DNA from: Anaerolineae bacterium
GTDB taxonomy: Bacteria > Chloroflexota > Anaerolineae > B4-G1 > DUEL01
Direction of reading: 5' to 3'
Assembly: GCA_050049355.1 (NCBI GenBank)
Contig: JASFWK010000001.1
Coordinates: 13,681 to 77,680 of the forward strand
Length of the DNA: 64,000 bases
Shown piece by piece: positions 1 through 10,194 of the stretch (its first letter is position 1; every line of letters begins with the position of its first letter). Both the position numbers and the translations under genes were made by a program. Below the pieces are notes generated by a model. The model was not told where the DNA came from, searched no databases, and saw only the letters and a list, made by a program, of their open reading frames with translations.

Positions 1-1195
1 CACACGCTTGGCAGATCGCACAGTGACGATACGGTTCGCGGTTTGGGAGGGAGCACCCAAGCAGCCCCCACCTGCGGCACTGAATCGCATTCCGCTCCAG
101 GCCTCCGGCGTCGCCCAGACAAAGGATACAATCTCCTTCCCATCCAACCCTCTCAATCCCCGCTACACCTTCGATCTCTTCGTCGTGGGTTCAAGCAACC
201 GCTTGGCCTACGCGGCCGCCCTAGCAGTGGTCGAAAAGCCAGCGGATTACTACAACCCGCTCTTCATCTACGGCGGGGTAGGTCTGGGCAAGACCCATCT
301 GCTTCAAGCCATCGGTCACGCCTGCCGCACCCACAACCTGCGCGCCCTCTACGTCCCGGCAGAGACCTTCACCAATGAGCTCATCGAGGCGATCCGCAAC
401 TACACCACCGACTGCTTCCGCGAGACCTACCGCACCGCCGACGTTTTGCTCATCGACGATGTCCATTTCATCGCGGGTAAGGAGGCCACTCAGGAGGAAT
501 TCTTCCACACATTCAATGCGCTGCACGGCAGTGGCTCGCAGATCGTCATCTCGTCCGATCGGCGCCCGACCGCGATAGCCACACTGGAGGAGCGCCTTCG
601 CTCACGCTTCGAGTGGGGGTTGATGGTGGATGTGAGCCCTCCTGAGCTGGAGACACGCCTCGCCATCCTCCGGCGGAAGGCGGAAGCACAGGGGGCTGGC
701 GTGCCCGACGAGGTGCTCTACGCGATCGCCGAACGCGTACAGATGAACATTCGGGAGTTAGAGGGAACGTTGAACAAGGTACTGATGCTATCCAACGTGG
801 GAGGGAAACCGCTTACGCCCGAACTGGTAGACGTCGCCCTGGCGGACCTGAGACCCTCCAGGTCGGAGATCGACGGCGATCAGATCAAGGCCGCGGTGGC
901 CCGCTACTATGGACTGGGGCAGGACGAGCTGTGCGGGCCAAGCCGAAAGCGGCGGATTTCCCGACCCCGTCAACTCGCTATGTACTTGATGCGGCAGGAG
1001 ACGGACAAATCACTCTCTCAGATAGGGACGGCTCTCGGAGGGCGGGACCACACAACGGTTATCCACGGCTGCAATCGGATCAACTCTCTCATCGAGGAGA
1101 ACGAAACTCTGCGGCGAGAGCTGCTTGCCATTCGCGAGCAGCTACACCGGGGAGAGCTTCCCGCGAACATGCCTCGAACGACTCGCGAGCACTGA
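1..1195 (+). CDS. dnaA: Chromosomal replication initiator DnaA, 5'-partial. The ORF runs 8..1195, but the N-terminal domains I/II are probably upstream of the window.
   Basis: AAA+ Walker A GVGLGKTHLL, Walker B LLIDDVHF, C-terminal DnaA-box-binding HTH (RQLAMYLMRQETDKSLSQIG). A DnaA-box cluster follows immediately. Confidence 0.9.
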   Translation, partial: TRLADRTVTIRFAVWEGAPKQPPPAALNRIPLQASGVAQTKDTISFPSNPLNPRYTFDLFVVGSSNRLAYAAALAVVEKPADYYNPLFIYGGVGLGKTHLLQAIGHACRTHNLRALYVPAETFTNELIEAIRNYTTDCFRETYRTADVLLIDDVHFIAGKEATQEEFFHTFNALHGSGSQIVISSDRRPTAIATLEERLRSRFEWGLMVDVSPPELETRLAILRRKAEAQGAGVPDEVLYAIAERVQMNIRELEGTLNKVLMLSNVGGKPLTPELVDVALADLRPSRSEIDGDQIKAAVARYYGLGQDELCGPSRKRRISRPRQLAMYLMRQETDKSLSQIGTALGGRDHTTVIHGCNRINSLIEENETLRRELLAIREQLHRGELPANMPRTTREH

Positions 1196-1860
1196 GCCCC
1201 TCTCGCCCTGCTACAACCCCCTCTGGCCCCACACTTCGTTTCGTCCGCTCATAGTTTTCCACATCCTCCCCAACAGGCTTCCACACCCCCCACATCTGGC
1301 GCATGCCTCTCCTCTCACCTCCAGATGTGGCCCCATCTGGTTTTCCTCCACGGCCTGACCTGTGGATAAGTCGCCGATTTCGGTGGATAAACAGGCCGGC
1401 TTGTGGATAACTTCGTCTCTATGAGCCGCGTGCCTCTGGTCGGCTCCTCTGGCCCATTTTCATCATTCCCCAACGTTCCCCACATGTAATCCGGACTTAT
1501 CCACGGCCTCTGTGGATTCCAGATCCTCATCCTCTCCCCATATCTGACGATGCGTCCTGGCTGTCCCTCCACATATACCAGGGCACGCCCGGCGAAGAGA
1601 CTCCTATCCCCATATCCACAGGCCCTACGGCGACTACTACAAATAGATCCTTCTATAAACAGAGGTTTGAAGATCTTAGATAAATTCCTACATTCAGTGA
1701 GAGATGCAATGGCGCCCTTTCAGATCCGGGCGATCCTCGATAGACATCATATCCTAATTCCCAACGTTCGATTCCATCTCTTTATCGCAGATTCTGAACT
1801 CCAAGTCCTTAGGTCTTCTCATCCTTGCTGACCGTGATCCCCTCAGACGTGTACCCAATT
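1196..1860. other. oriC: Chromosomal origin of replication (oriC): DnaA-box cluster plus an AT-rich unwinding element at ~1620-1800
   Basis: TGTGGATAA at 1361-1369, GTGGATAA at 1383-1390, TGTGGATAA at 1402-1410, TTATCCACg at 1498-1506, aTATCCACA at 1612-1620, and weaker TTtTCCACA at 1254-1262. A markedly AT-rich stretch (1620-1800) lies in an otherwise 63% GC genome. It sits directly 3' of dnaA. Confidence 0.8.
1361..1620. promoter_or_regulatory. Cluster of DnaA boxes (consensus TTATCCACA, both orientations)
   Basis: Five 8-9/9 matches to the DnaA-box consensus within 260 bp, seen directly in the sequence. Confidence 0.8.
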
Positions 1861-1995
1861 CTCTTCATCTAGCTACCGGACATTTCGGCTTAGCGCCGCG
1901 CCGAGGCTCTGACCGAGTGCTCGAGCGAAGCTCGATCGTATCGAGATCAAGCCTCGGCAGTTCAACCCGCTGTTCTTGGTCTCGACACGCGCCCT

Positions 1996-2361
1996 TCAGG
2001 CGCTACCCTTCGGCAGGCTCAGTCCGACGCTCGACCGGCGAACAGCTCGCCATATATCAAAGTGTCCGGTGGCTAGTCTCTTCATAACTTCCTTGTTGAA
2101 CCTTGTCCCAGATGTGGGTGGGGTCGCCGTCCGATTCTCAGAGTTGAATTCTCCCCGTGGCGACCGCGGGTTGCCTCCAGCGGCCGTGATACGGTTGAAC
2201 TCCGAAAGCTGTGCCAATCGCCAGTCGGTGAAGGAAGTAACCGATAGATTCGCGCAGTGGTCAAGTGCTTCCTGCCGGATCCTCTGGATACTGTCGTCGT
2301 CTTCTTGACGCAGTAGAACTTCCACGGCATCGGTCGGCGGTCCATCGCCATTGTCAATCAA
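1996..2361 (-). CDS. Hypothetical protein (no recognisable domain) in a low-GC insert beside oriC
   Basis: 121-aa ORF, co-oriented with and upstream-adjacent to ORF 2451..3224. Local GC (~53%) is well below the window average. Confidence 0.4.
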   Translation of the reverse strand: MIDNGDGPPTDAVEVLLRQEDDDSIQRIRQEALDHCANLSVTSFTDWRLAQLSEFNRITAAGGNPRSPRGEFNSENRTATPPTSGTRFNKEVMKRLATGHFDIWRAVRRSSVGLSLPKGSA

Positions 2362-2450
2362 CGTTATTCTGTCATCACCTCCTCCATGCTCACGGTCTCA
2401 TATCTGACCAGCCAAAGTCGAGGTTTCGAACAGAGAGCAATAGCTGCCAC

Positions 2451-3224
2451 TCATCGGTCTAAGGCAGCGCGTAAGTTCTTGAGATGGCCATCAAATTCGT
2501 TGACTGTTTCAGTTTGTCCAACCATCTTCGCCAATCTGGACAGTTCTTCCAGCTGGCTACAGGCACGCCCAATGACGGCTCTGTCAACCACCACTTTGTC
2601 TCTTGTACCAGGGGCTTCTTTCGCGTCGAGCATGGCCTTGGCATCGGCTAGGATGCCAGATGGGGATGGGAGGCCGAACTTCCCATACTCGGTGGAGAGT
2701 CCCGACAGGATCTTCCCAACTCGCTCAGCGGTACTCGCGTCAATGGCAACTGTCTCCCCTGCCGGTTCTTGTCCCTTTCTGGTTGCCATTGGTGTTGGGC
2801 GAAGGGGAACTCTCCCTGTTTCCCACCACCGCTTCGAGTCTTCAGCGGCGACCTTGAGATCAATGCCCCGTAGTTTCGCACCCTGTTCACATACCAGGAC
2901 CGGCATAGGGCCAAGTACAAAGCCGCCGCCCGCTCTACCCTCCTCCATCTTGGCCTTCATAAAAGCGACTGCCTCTTGGCTGATATACAGGTAGCCAGAG
3001 CCTCTTGGGATCGGTGTCTCAGGACAAGGACACCCGCGGTCCGAACAAAGGCCGGTTGTCTTGGGGATAGAACTCGCGGCGTATTGGTAGAACTCAACTC
3101 CGCTGCTGGATGGCTGGCCCGGCGTAGCTGACGCTTGAGGTAGCTCTCTACTGCGCGATGCTGCTGGCTGTCTTCTGCCGAACAGTTTACGTAGGAAGTC
3201 CATTAGGCTTCTCCTTTCCTGCAA
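2451..3224 (-). CDS. Hypothetical protein with an N-terminal Cys cluster (CSDRGCPC); no recognised family
   Basis: 257-aa ORF lying in the lower-GC segment ~1850-3650 between oriC and the nucleoside hydrolase gene. Confidence 0.5.
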   Translation of the reverse strand: MQERRSLMDFLRKLFGRRQPAASRSRELPQASATPGQPSSSGVEFYQYAASSIPKTTGLCSDRGCPCPETPIPRGSGYLYISQEAVAFMKAKMEEGRAGGGFVLGPMPVLVCEQGAKLRGIDLKVAAEDSKRWWETGRVPLRPTPMATRKGQEPAGETVAIDASTAERVGKILSGLSTEYGKFGLPSPSGILADAKAMLDAKEAPGTRDKVVVDRAVIGRACSQLEELSRLAKMVGQTETVNEFDGHLKNLRAALDR

Positions 3225-3682
3225 ATGCAGGTGACTTGGGGCACGGCTCGTGCCCCCACTGTGACGACCGTGATACTGGCGCAGCCAATCCTCGGTGTGT
3301 TCGTCCTGATGGAACCGGATGGCATCACTTGACAGCTGTGCAGGTGCTTGTTCGGTGGTTCTCTTTCACCGATCCAGGCTTTGGTTGTGTTCTTGTACCA
3401 GTCTGAATCTGCCCCGACTGAAAGCCTACTACGTTGGGTGGTGTATGACCAGAAAGCAAAGTCGAATAGTCGGGAAGTTAGCGGCGGTGAAATTGCGGCG
3501 TGCGCTTTCTGCTCCATGATCAGAGAAATCCGCACTTTGTCTTCGGCCCGATGGCTCGGGTCAGCTAGCAGCCAACGAGTAAGCTGACCGGCGGCTCACG
3601 CTCGAGGCGCGACAAGAGACCCGCCGGCGGGTCCCAACGACTTCGCAACCTGCCGTGATGGCAGCGGCGGCTGCACGCAACG

Positions 3683-4635
3683 TTAGGGGGACGCACCCGG
3701 CGCTGCTATGTCCTTGCGCACCACCGTATCCAACCAGAGCTTGTTGAACTTGTCGCCGTTCACTCGCGTCACCACCCACGTAGGGTCCCCGGCGGCGTCA
3801 ATGCTCTGCAACAGCCAACCATCCTTGATTTCCGATTTCAAAGGGATCTCACTGACCTCCACACCTTCATTCCAGCCCAGTGCGACGGCGCAAGCAAGCG
3901 GATCATGTTGGAAGTTGATGGTGTCTTCCGGCAGCTCCGCGCAAGTTTGCCCGTACTGTGCTTCGATGTTCTCGTCCTTGGCGAAGACCTCTGCTTGTCT
4001 GGCGAGGAGTCGAGCCAGGGGCCCTGACTGCCTCAGCAGTGGCAGATAGGCTCTCCTGAGCGAGGTCTCGACGGTCACTGACAATGGAACGAATGTGGGG
4101 TTAGAGTGCTTGATGACAGAGTATGCGGATTCAACATCCACTTGGATGTTCCAGTCCATGTGGTTGCCCCAGGCAGGGAACCCCTCTCTAGGAGGGAATA
4201 CATATCCCCCCATGATGTGAAGCTTTGCCCGGTGTAGTATTCCTGGAGATTGCTCTTCCAGCAGAGCCAGATTCGTGAGAGGCCCAATTGCGGCAATAGT
4301 CGCGCCTTGCTCGATACTGTTCTTGAGCAACGATAGCGCTTCATTGAGCGAGGGTTGAATGGCAGGTATCGGTTCTGGCCAGTAGGCGTCTTCGTCTGGC
4401 AAGCCTTGCCAGGAGCGATAGCAGTCTAGAGAGGCCTCTGCACCAGCCGCGACCGGGATCTCTTCCCGATCGGCCAGGGTCAAGGCGTAGCGTGCAAAGC
4501 CGGCTCGTTTGCCTTTGTGCTCTGCAACTGTAGTGATGGCGAGCAGTTCAGTGTCGGGCCAATTGAGCACCATAGCCAAAGCGCACAGATCATCGATATC
4601 GCCACCTATGTCAGTATCGAGGTGTAGGTTCAGCA
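3683..4635 (-). CDS. Inosine-uridine preferring nucleoside hydrolase family protein. The start is trimmed to the internal Met MLNLHLDTDIGGDIDD.
   Basis: N-terminal DTDxGxDDxxAL aspartate cluster (DTDIGGDIDDLCAL) diagnostic of IU-nucleoside hydrolases. The longer ORF (to 4840) is low-complexity, so the start at the Met at 4635 is preferred. Confidence 0.85.
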
Positions 4636-5042
4636 TGAGTGCTGCCTTCACACAGTACCAGCGCGCTCTCCGGCTGGTACCGCGGCCATTCCCAGGCGAT
4701 TTCGAGGGCCATTGCCCGAGCGTGCCGGTTCCCGCCCCTGCTGATCCCCAGCTCTTGCGATCCGTCTCCGCTCTGATGGGCGGTCGGAGGGGAGTCCGCT
4801 GGGCGCGTCTACCTGACGGCGATGCCTTAACTCCCGCCAACAGTTGGTGCCGTACGCCTAACTGCAGGGCCGAGGAAATCCGTCACCAGTTGGAGGCGGC
4901 GTGCACAGGTAACCAAAGCGAGTGGATGATGGACGCGAGTTGAGCGACTCGGCAAGACAATTGCGAAACGACCCGTCCTCGCTGACCGGGTCAGCTTCAG
5001 TAAGGGGCCAGGCGCGCTCTATCCCAACGTTGCACTGCTCGC

Positions 5043-5477
5043 CTAGAATGTACTAGGCGGCCACTTGAGTACGAGCACTACAACGAGGATTGCCACGTTG
5101 ATCAGAAGCCCGATTAGTCCCTTCTGCACTACAAGGTTCACACTTCCATCCCAGAACAGGATGACGATCGCTGTGGACAGCGCGGCTGACCCCACAACCA
5201 CTGAGCGCCACCATTCCTGCCGGATGAGCAATCCTAGGCCGCCAGCAACAAACCCAATGGTAGCCAATACGTACAGCACACTGGCCACCAACCGTGCGGC
5301 TGCATCCCCAAGGAGGGGAGAGAAGATCCACGATCTTCCGGTCCAACCCATCTCTGGCTGGAATTCGATGAGCCTTTGACTCAACACGACGTACCACAAG
5401 TGGACCAGGCCGTGAAGCACGACGAAAACACCGATCAGTAACCTAAGCATGGATTCCTCCCTTACCGATCCGGTCAC
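5043..5477 (-). CDS. Small integral membrane protein (4 TM); tandem paralog of 5550..5948
   Basis: Hydrophobic profile and shared N-terminal HGxxHL motif (VVLHGLVHLWY versus LFGHGVAHLPGF). Confidence 0.6.
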   Translation of the reverse strand: MTGSVREESMLRLLIGVFVVLHGLVHLWYVVLSQRLIEFQPEMGWTGRSWIFSPLLGDAAARLVASVLYVLATIGFVAGGLGLLIRQEWWRSVVVGSAALSTAIVILFWDGSVNLVVQKGLIGLLINVAILVVVLVLKWPPSTF

Positions 5478-5549
5478 GCAGTTCTCGAATGCGACGGCGG
5501 GCTTCTGTGAAGGTAGCCCGTACCTGCGAATCAGCGGCGGGAATTACAC

Positions 5550-5948
5550 TCATGGCAACCAGCCCGTTTTCCTGTTCACCAGCAGAAATACGATGAGGGC
5601 TATGTTGATGAACAAACCAAATCGCGCATCAGGCCAGCCGATAATGGAAAGAAGGAGGGAGAATACGGAAGTAGTCAAGGTTACTGACTGCCACCATTTG
5701 AGCCGCGCGCCCGTTCCGATACTTGAAGCCGCGAATGCAAGTGCCGAAGCTAGCCATAGAATGCCAACCAGTCGAATCCCCGCATCGCCGATATCGACGC
5801 TGCCTGCAAGGATAGTGGTGCTGTAGGGCATCTCTTCGAACGTCGCCAGTTCCCAGGATACGAGAAAGCCCGGTAGATGTGCGACGCCATGTCCGAATAG
5901 GATCAAAGCGAGAAGGATATGCATTGTTCGGTTCTCCTTGCGCAGCAT
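5550..5948 (-). CDS. Small integral membrane protein; tandem paralog of 5043..5477
   Basis: Same architecture and motif as its neighbour. Confidence 0.6.
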   Translation of the reverse strand: MLRKENRTMHILLALILFGHGVAHLPGFLVSWELATFEEMPYSTTILAGSVDIGDAGIRLVGILWLASALAFAASSIGTGARLKWWQSVTLTTSVFSLLLSIIGWPDARFGLFINIALIVFLLVNRKTGWLP

Positions 5949-6035
5949 CTAGCTCGCCGCGTTGTGCGCACCGGTACTCGTAGATGTTTCGCCGGGCACT
6001 TGAGAACCCCTCAACCTATTATAGCTTGATCTCAT

Positions 6036-6914
6036 CTACTCCCCGGGTGGTGCAGGAAGCAGGCTGCGATACATACGGATTCCAAGCCACAAGGTAGCCC
6101 CGGCCGCGGTCGCGAAGATAGCAAGTGGAACGATCTGCAGCGTGCCCTCGTAAGCCCACGCCGACAGCAGCATTGCGCAGATAGCTGCAGCCATTGCGAA
6201 TGCCTTGACCACCACCGTCGAACTCAACAGATAGCCGGCTGCGCTTCCCCGCCACGCCGTCACACCCGTGAACAGCGCCAGCGGCACGATCAGCCCGAGG
6301 TCTAGGGCCTGAACCACGAAGGTTGTCTGCCCTTGCAGCACTCCCTCAATTTCCCCGCCCATAGCGGACAGAATCCGATTTAGCCACATGAACAGCAATA
6401 CGGCCGCCACTAAGAAGCAGAGTACCGCCATGCCGCGCCTCGGGAACCTCTCTGAGAAACGTTCAGCCAGCCCGGCGAGCGGAATAGTCGAAACGATCCA
6501 TACAATGGCTGTTAAGCTCAAGGCGTAGATCGCGATGAAGAGCAGGAACAGCGGTCCGAATGCCCACGTCACAGCATACATCAAGTATTGATAGAACAAG
6601 TAGCCGAAGATTCCCAGGGCAAACAACTTGCCGTGCAGTGAACCCTTGGCCAGGGCCGGAAGCCCCAACAGCAGCGCCGGAACCGCAAACACCAGAGTGA
6701 AGATATCCCACCCGATCCCTTCAGCGACGACGCGCACGGCGTTATATGCGTAGACACCCGTGGTCGCCATCTCGTAGTGCTCCCCACGCACGCTCGTGAC
6801 CGGCTCGAAGGAGCCGTCACCTCGCAGGAATAGGCCAGCCGCAGACGCAATGCCGGTGAGCAGAGCAATCACCAGGCACAGCCCAATGATCCCAATGCGT
6901 GATTTACCTTTCAC
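6036..6914 (-). CDS. Polytopic membrane protein of unknown function
   Basis: 292 aa, N-terminal signal/TM segment and ~7 hydrophobic segments. Confidence 0.6.
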   Translation of the reverse strand: MKGKSRIGIIGLCLVIALLTGIASAAGLFLRGDGSFEPVTSVRGEHYEMATTGVYAYNAVRVVAEGIGWDIFTLVFAVPALLLGLPALAKGSLHGKLFALGIFGYLFYQYLMYAVTWAFGPLFLLFIAIYALSLTAIVWIVSTIPLAGLAERFSERFPRRGMAVLCFLVAAVLLFMWLNRILSAMGGEIEGVLQGQTTFVVQALDLGLIVPLALFTGVTAWRGSAAGYLLSSTVVVKAFAMAAAICAMLLSAWAYEGTLQIVPLAIFATAAGATLWLGIRMYRSLLPAPPGE

Positions 6915-7173
6915 CTATGTACCTCCATTCCAGTTGGCTTAGGTGGAAGTTCTTTCACGTAGTCGCCTACCAGACTGAAGCCCCGGCCGCGCTGGGCGTG
7001 TGCTTCTGATCTTGTGGCCTCGGCTGCCTTCACTCGTCCTCGCCACCTGGGGCGGACTCTTGGCAGAGGCAGTGCCCCCATATCTGGCATTTCAAAGGGC
7101 GACACAGACCGATAGGTCTGGGGTCTCGCTGACACGTGGGTAGTCACCAGAAGTCCCTTGGGTTGACATCCGC

Positions 7174-8655
7174 TCACCCGGAGAGTTGGGCTGCTGGCTC
7201 CACCTTCACGAGCGCCAGGGAGGAGAGCAGGAACATCACGCCGTAGATGGCGAAGATGACCAGGTAACCTAGCCCGGGGCGAAGTGCGTTGAAGAAGTCC
7301 GCCATCGGCCCCCCGATGCCTGCTCCCACAATCCCGGCTCCCGCCCCGGCCAAGTTGGAGATGCCCAGGTAACGGCCTGGCTCCTCCGATGGTGCCAAGT
7401 CAGTCCCCAGCGCCCAGTTGGTGGCCATAAAGATCCCCGTGCCAGTGCCGATGATGCAGCCACTGACCAAGATGAGCGGGATGTTAGTGGAGAAGAGGAG
7501 TAGAAGCGTCCCGCCGGCCCCAATCAGTCCGGAGAGCGCCACCAGCCGCTTGCGGCCAATTCGATCCGCCAGGTAGCCACCCCCGAGGGCCGAGGGGAGC
7601 AGGAATAGGGCCACCACAGCGAGGAGCAGGGTGGTCATTGTAGCGGCCTTTGGCACGTGAAGGACATCGGCCAGGAAGTACTGGGCGAAGCCCTGGATAG
7701 AGCCCACTGCAGCCAGGAACAAAAGACGGTTGATCACCCACCAGATGAAGACGGTCTGTTTGCGGGCCTCCCTCCCGATCCCTACCCAGGCTCCGAGGTA
7801 GACTCCCAAGAAGATGGATCCGGCCATACCGATCAGGCCGGCCAAACCCACCACTGCAACCTGTAGGCTGACCGCCCCTCCTCGCTCGACCAGCAACCTC
7901 CCGCTGGAGCGCACCATCCAGACCGCTCCTTGAGTGGTGGCGACGAAGATGGCGGTGAGAGCGACCAGGCGCAACAGTCGTCCCTTGATGGGTAGGGTGG
8001 GCTTCCTCCTCAGTGGCTCCTCATGGACGAAGAGGAGAGTGGCCAGCATTGTCAGGAGAAATGCGGCCATGATGATGCCGACAACTAGCCACACTTGTCC
8101 GGCGTCCACCAGGGGGCCGACGAAGACGACCAAGAAGACGGGCAGCAGCTCCATAACCGCCTTGACCCCCGACGCCCGGCCGCGCTGATCCTCCGGCACA
8201 AGGTCGGGGATCAGTCCCTGCAAGGCGCCGTGCGCTACATTGGAGGAGGCTTGCAGGAGGATAATGCCTGAGAGCAGGATGACGTAGGCGGTGGTGACGC
8301 CGAAGTTGGACTGGAAGAAACTGTCCAGTGACGAATTCACGAAGAGAGGCGATGCGCCGATGAGGAGCAGGAAGAGAAGGTCGAACATAGTGCCGGCGAA
8401 GATATAGGGCCTTCGTCGACCCCAGCGGAGGGTGCTGCGGTCACTGAACATGCCCGCCATCGGCTGGACCATCATCGCCACCGCCAGCCCAACGACTCGA
8501 ACGGTGGCCAGGTAGGTGTTCTTCTGATCCGATGGCACAAAGAGGGCTACCAGGTAGGGCAGAAGCACGGGGGTGATGATTCCCGCGGAGACGTTGAGCC
8601 CAAGCCAGTAGATATTGACTGCGATGTGATCGTACCAGCTAAGTCTCTTCTTCAT
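7174..8655 (-). CDS. MFS transporter
   Basis: 493 aa, 12-14 TM segments, MFS-type loop motifs (GMFSDRSTLRWGRRRP). Confidence 0.85.
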   Translation of the reverse strand: MKKRLSWYDHIAVNIYWLGLNVSAGIITPVLLPYLVALFVPSDQKNTYLATVRVVGLAVAMMVQPMAGMFSDRSTLRWGRRRPYIFAGTMFDLLFLLLIGASPLFVNSSLDSFFQSNFGVTTAYVILLSGIILLQASSNVAHGALQGLIPDLVPEDQRGRASGVKAVMELLPVFLVVFVGPLVDAGQVWLVVGIIMAAFLLTMLATLLFVHEEPLRRKPTLPIKGRLLRLVALTAIFVATTQGAVWMVRSSGRLLVERGGAVSLQVAVVGLAGLIGMAGSIFLGVYLGAWVGIGREARKQTVFIWWVINRLLFLAAVGSIQGFAQYFLADVLHVPKAATMTTLLLAVVALFLLPSALGGGYLADRIGRKRLVALSGLIGAGGTLLLLFSTNIPLILVSGCIIGTGTGIFMATNWALGTDLAPSEEPGRYLGISNLAGAGAGIVGAGIGGPMADFFNALRPGLGYLVIFAIYGVMFLLSSLALVKVEPAAQLSG

Positions 8656-9133
8656 CGCGCTCGCTCTGTTCCTTGATGATCTCCTGGACCTCGCGCTCTA
8701 ACTCCTCAGCTACAGCCAGGGCATCCAAGAGCATCCCCGCGGTCTCGGCGTCCTCCTCTGGACGGGTCTCCCAAGCCCCCTGTAGAGCTTCCTTCAGTTG
8801 TCCCAGGCTGCGCGATAGCCCGGTGATGACATCCTCGGCTGTCATCTCTCGGCTCGCCAGCTTGACGCGCGGACCGCTGAAGAGGCCCATCGCTTCCATA
8901 TCTAACTCGATCTGAGCGGCAAGCTCTGGGTCCTCGAGGCCTTCGGTGTGGTTCACACCCTCCATAAACTCAAAGTGATCGTCCGCTTCGAGTCGAGAGT
9001 GGAAGTCCTCCAGGTCAAGGTCAAGGGCCAATCCGTCTCTCTGGAGCATCACCCACAGCTTCTTCACTGGGACGTAGAAATCGGGATCGGCCTCCAGGAT
9101 CTCCGTGATCCGTGCCAGGGTGGCCTTGTCCAT
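8639..9133 (-). CDS. Acidic hypothetical protein whose 3' end overlaps the MFS gene start
   Basis: 164-aa ORF with good codon periodicity and a 17-nt overlap with the downstream MFS gene. Confidence 0.5.
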   Translation of the reverse strand: MDKATLARITEILEADPDFYVPVKKLWVMLQRDGLALDLDLEDFHSRLEADDHFEFMEGVNHTEGLEDPELAAQIELDMEAMGLFSGPRVKLASREMTAEDVITGLSRSLGQLKEALQGAWETRPEEDAETAGMLLDALAVAEELEREVQEIIKEQSERDEEET

Positions 9134-9202
9134 AATGCTCGAGTGCTCCTTTCGGCGTCAGGCTCTTGCCGCGCAGGCTTGGGCAGGGATGCTCCTCACT
9201 GC

Positions 9203-9886
9203 CTACAGTGTCAAGCTCTCGCCAGGCTCCAGCGCCACTGCCTTGGCGTCGGTCTCCGCTTCCACCTTCGCGGCCCAGGCCTGGGGATCCTGCTGGATGA
9301 CGTCGAAGGTGTTGTAGTGGATGGGGATCACCCGCAGCGGCCGGAGCAGCTTCACCGCTCGCAGCGCGTCTTCTGGTCCCATAGTGAAGTTGTCGCCAAT
9401 GGGCAGCACGGCCAAGTCGATCCCCTCCTCGCCGATTAGTTTCATATCGTAGAAAAGCCCGGTATCGCAGGCCAAGTAGATCTTCTTCTCTTCCGCGGTG
9501 AGGAGGAAGCCACATGGATTGCCGCCGTAAGAGCCGTCGGGGAGGGCCGAGCCGTGGTGAGCGATGGTCAGCTTGAGATAGCCGAAGGGATAGTGGAACC
9601 CACCCCCGATATGCTGAGGGTGTACGTTGGCATGTCCCTGGGCTTGAAACCAGCTGCAGATCTCGAAGTTACTGATGACCAATGCGTCGGCGCGATGCGC
9701 GATTTCTAGAGCATCCCCCACGTGGTCCCCGTGCCCGTGGGAAACCAGGATGGTGGTGGGAGCGAGCCGATCTGCGGAGATGGCGGCCAGCGGGTTATCG
9801 CTGAGGAAAGGGTCTACCAGCAGATGGTGCTGGCCTACCTCCAGGCCGATACAGGCATGGCCGTACCAGGTGACCTTGATGCTCAT
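9203..9886 (-). CDS. Metal-dependent hydrolase, beta-lactamase fold (UPF0173-like)
   Basis: HGHGDH metal-binding motif (VSHGHGDHVGD); ~227 aa. Confidence 0.8.
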   Translation of the reverse strand: MSIKVTWYGHACIGLEVGQHHLLVDPFLSDNPLAAISADRLAPTTILVSHGHGDHVGDALEIAHRADALVISNFEICSWFQAQGHANVHPQHIGGGFHYPFGYLKLTIAHHGSALPDGSYGGNPCGFLLTAEEKKIYLACDTGLFYDMKLIGEEGIDLAVLPIGDNFTMGPEDALRAVKLLRPLRVIPIHYNTFDVIQQDPQAWAAKVEAETDAKAVALEPGESLTL

Positions 9887-10194
9887 CTCGACCTCCTTGT
9901 CCCTGAAGCGATAACTTGCCCCAGTATAGCACGAAGCAGCCTCAGGGCAAGGGAAGCCGCATATCGCGCCGCTCGGAGGCCTCCGAATTTTCGAGGGAAG
10001 GATACACTACCGCAAACGTCCCGGCCTCTCTGCTGGAGCGCAGTGAAGGGGAAGAATCCTGGCACTCTCTACCAGGTGGAATGACGCGGACCTTTGACAG
10101 GTGGAGACATTCAGGCTATGATGCAGTAGGCTCACTCAACCAGACTGATGCGTCGATACTCGCTGAGGCTTGAGGGTGCCTTCTTCCTTGATAG

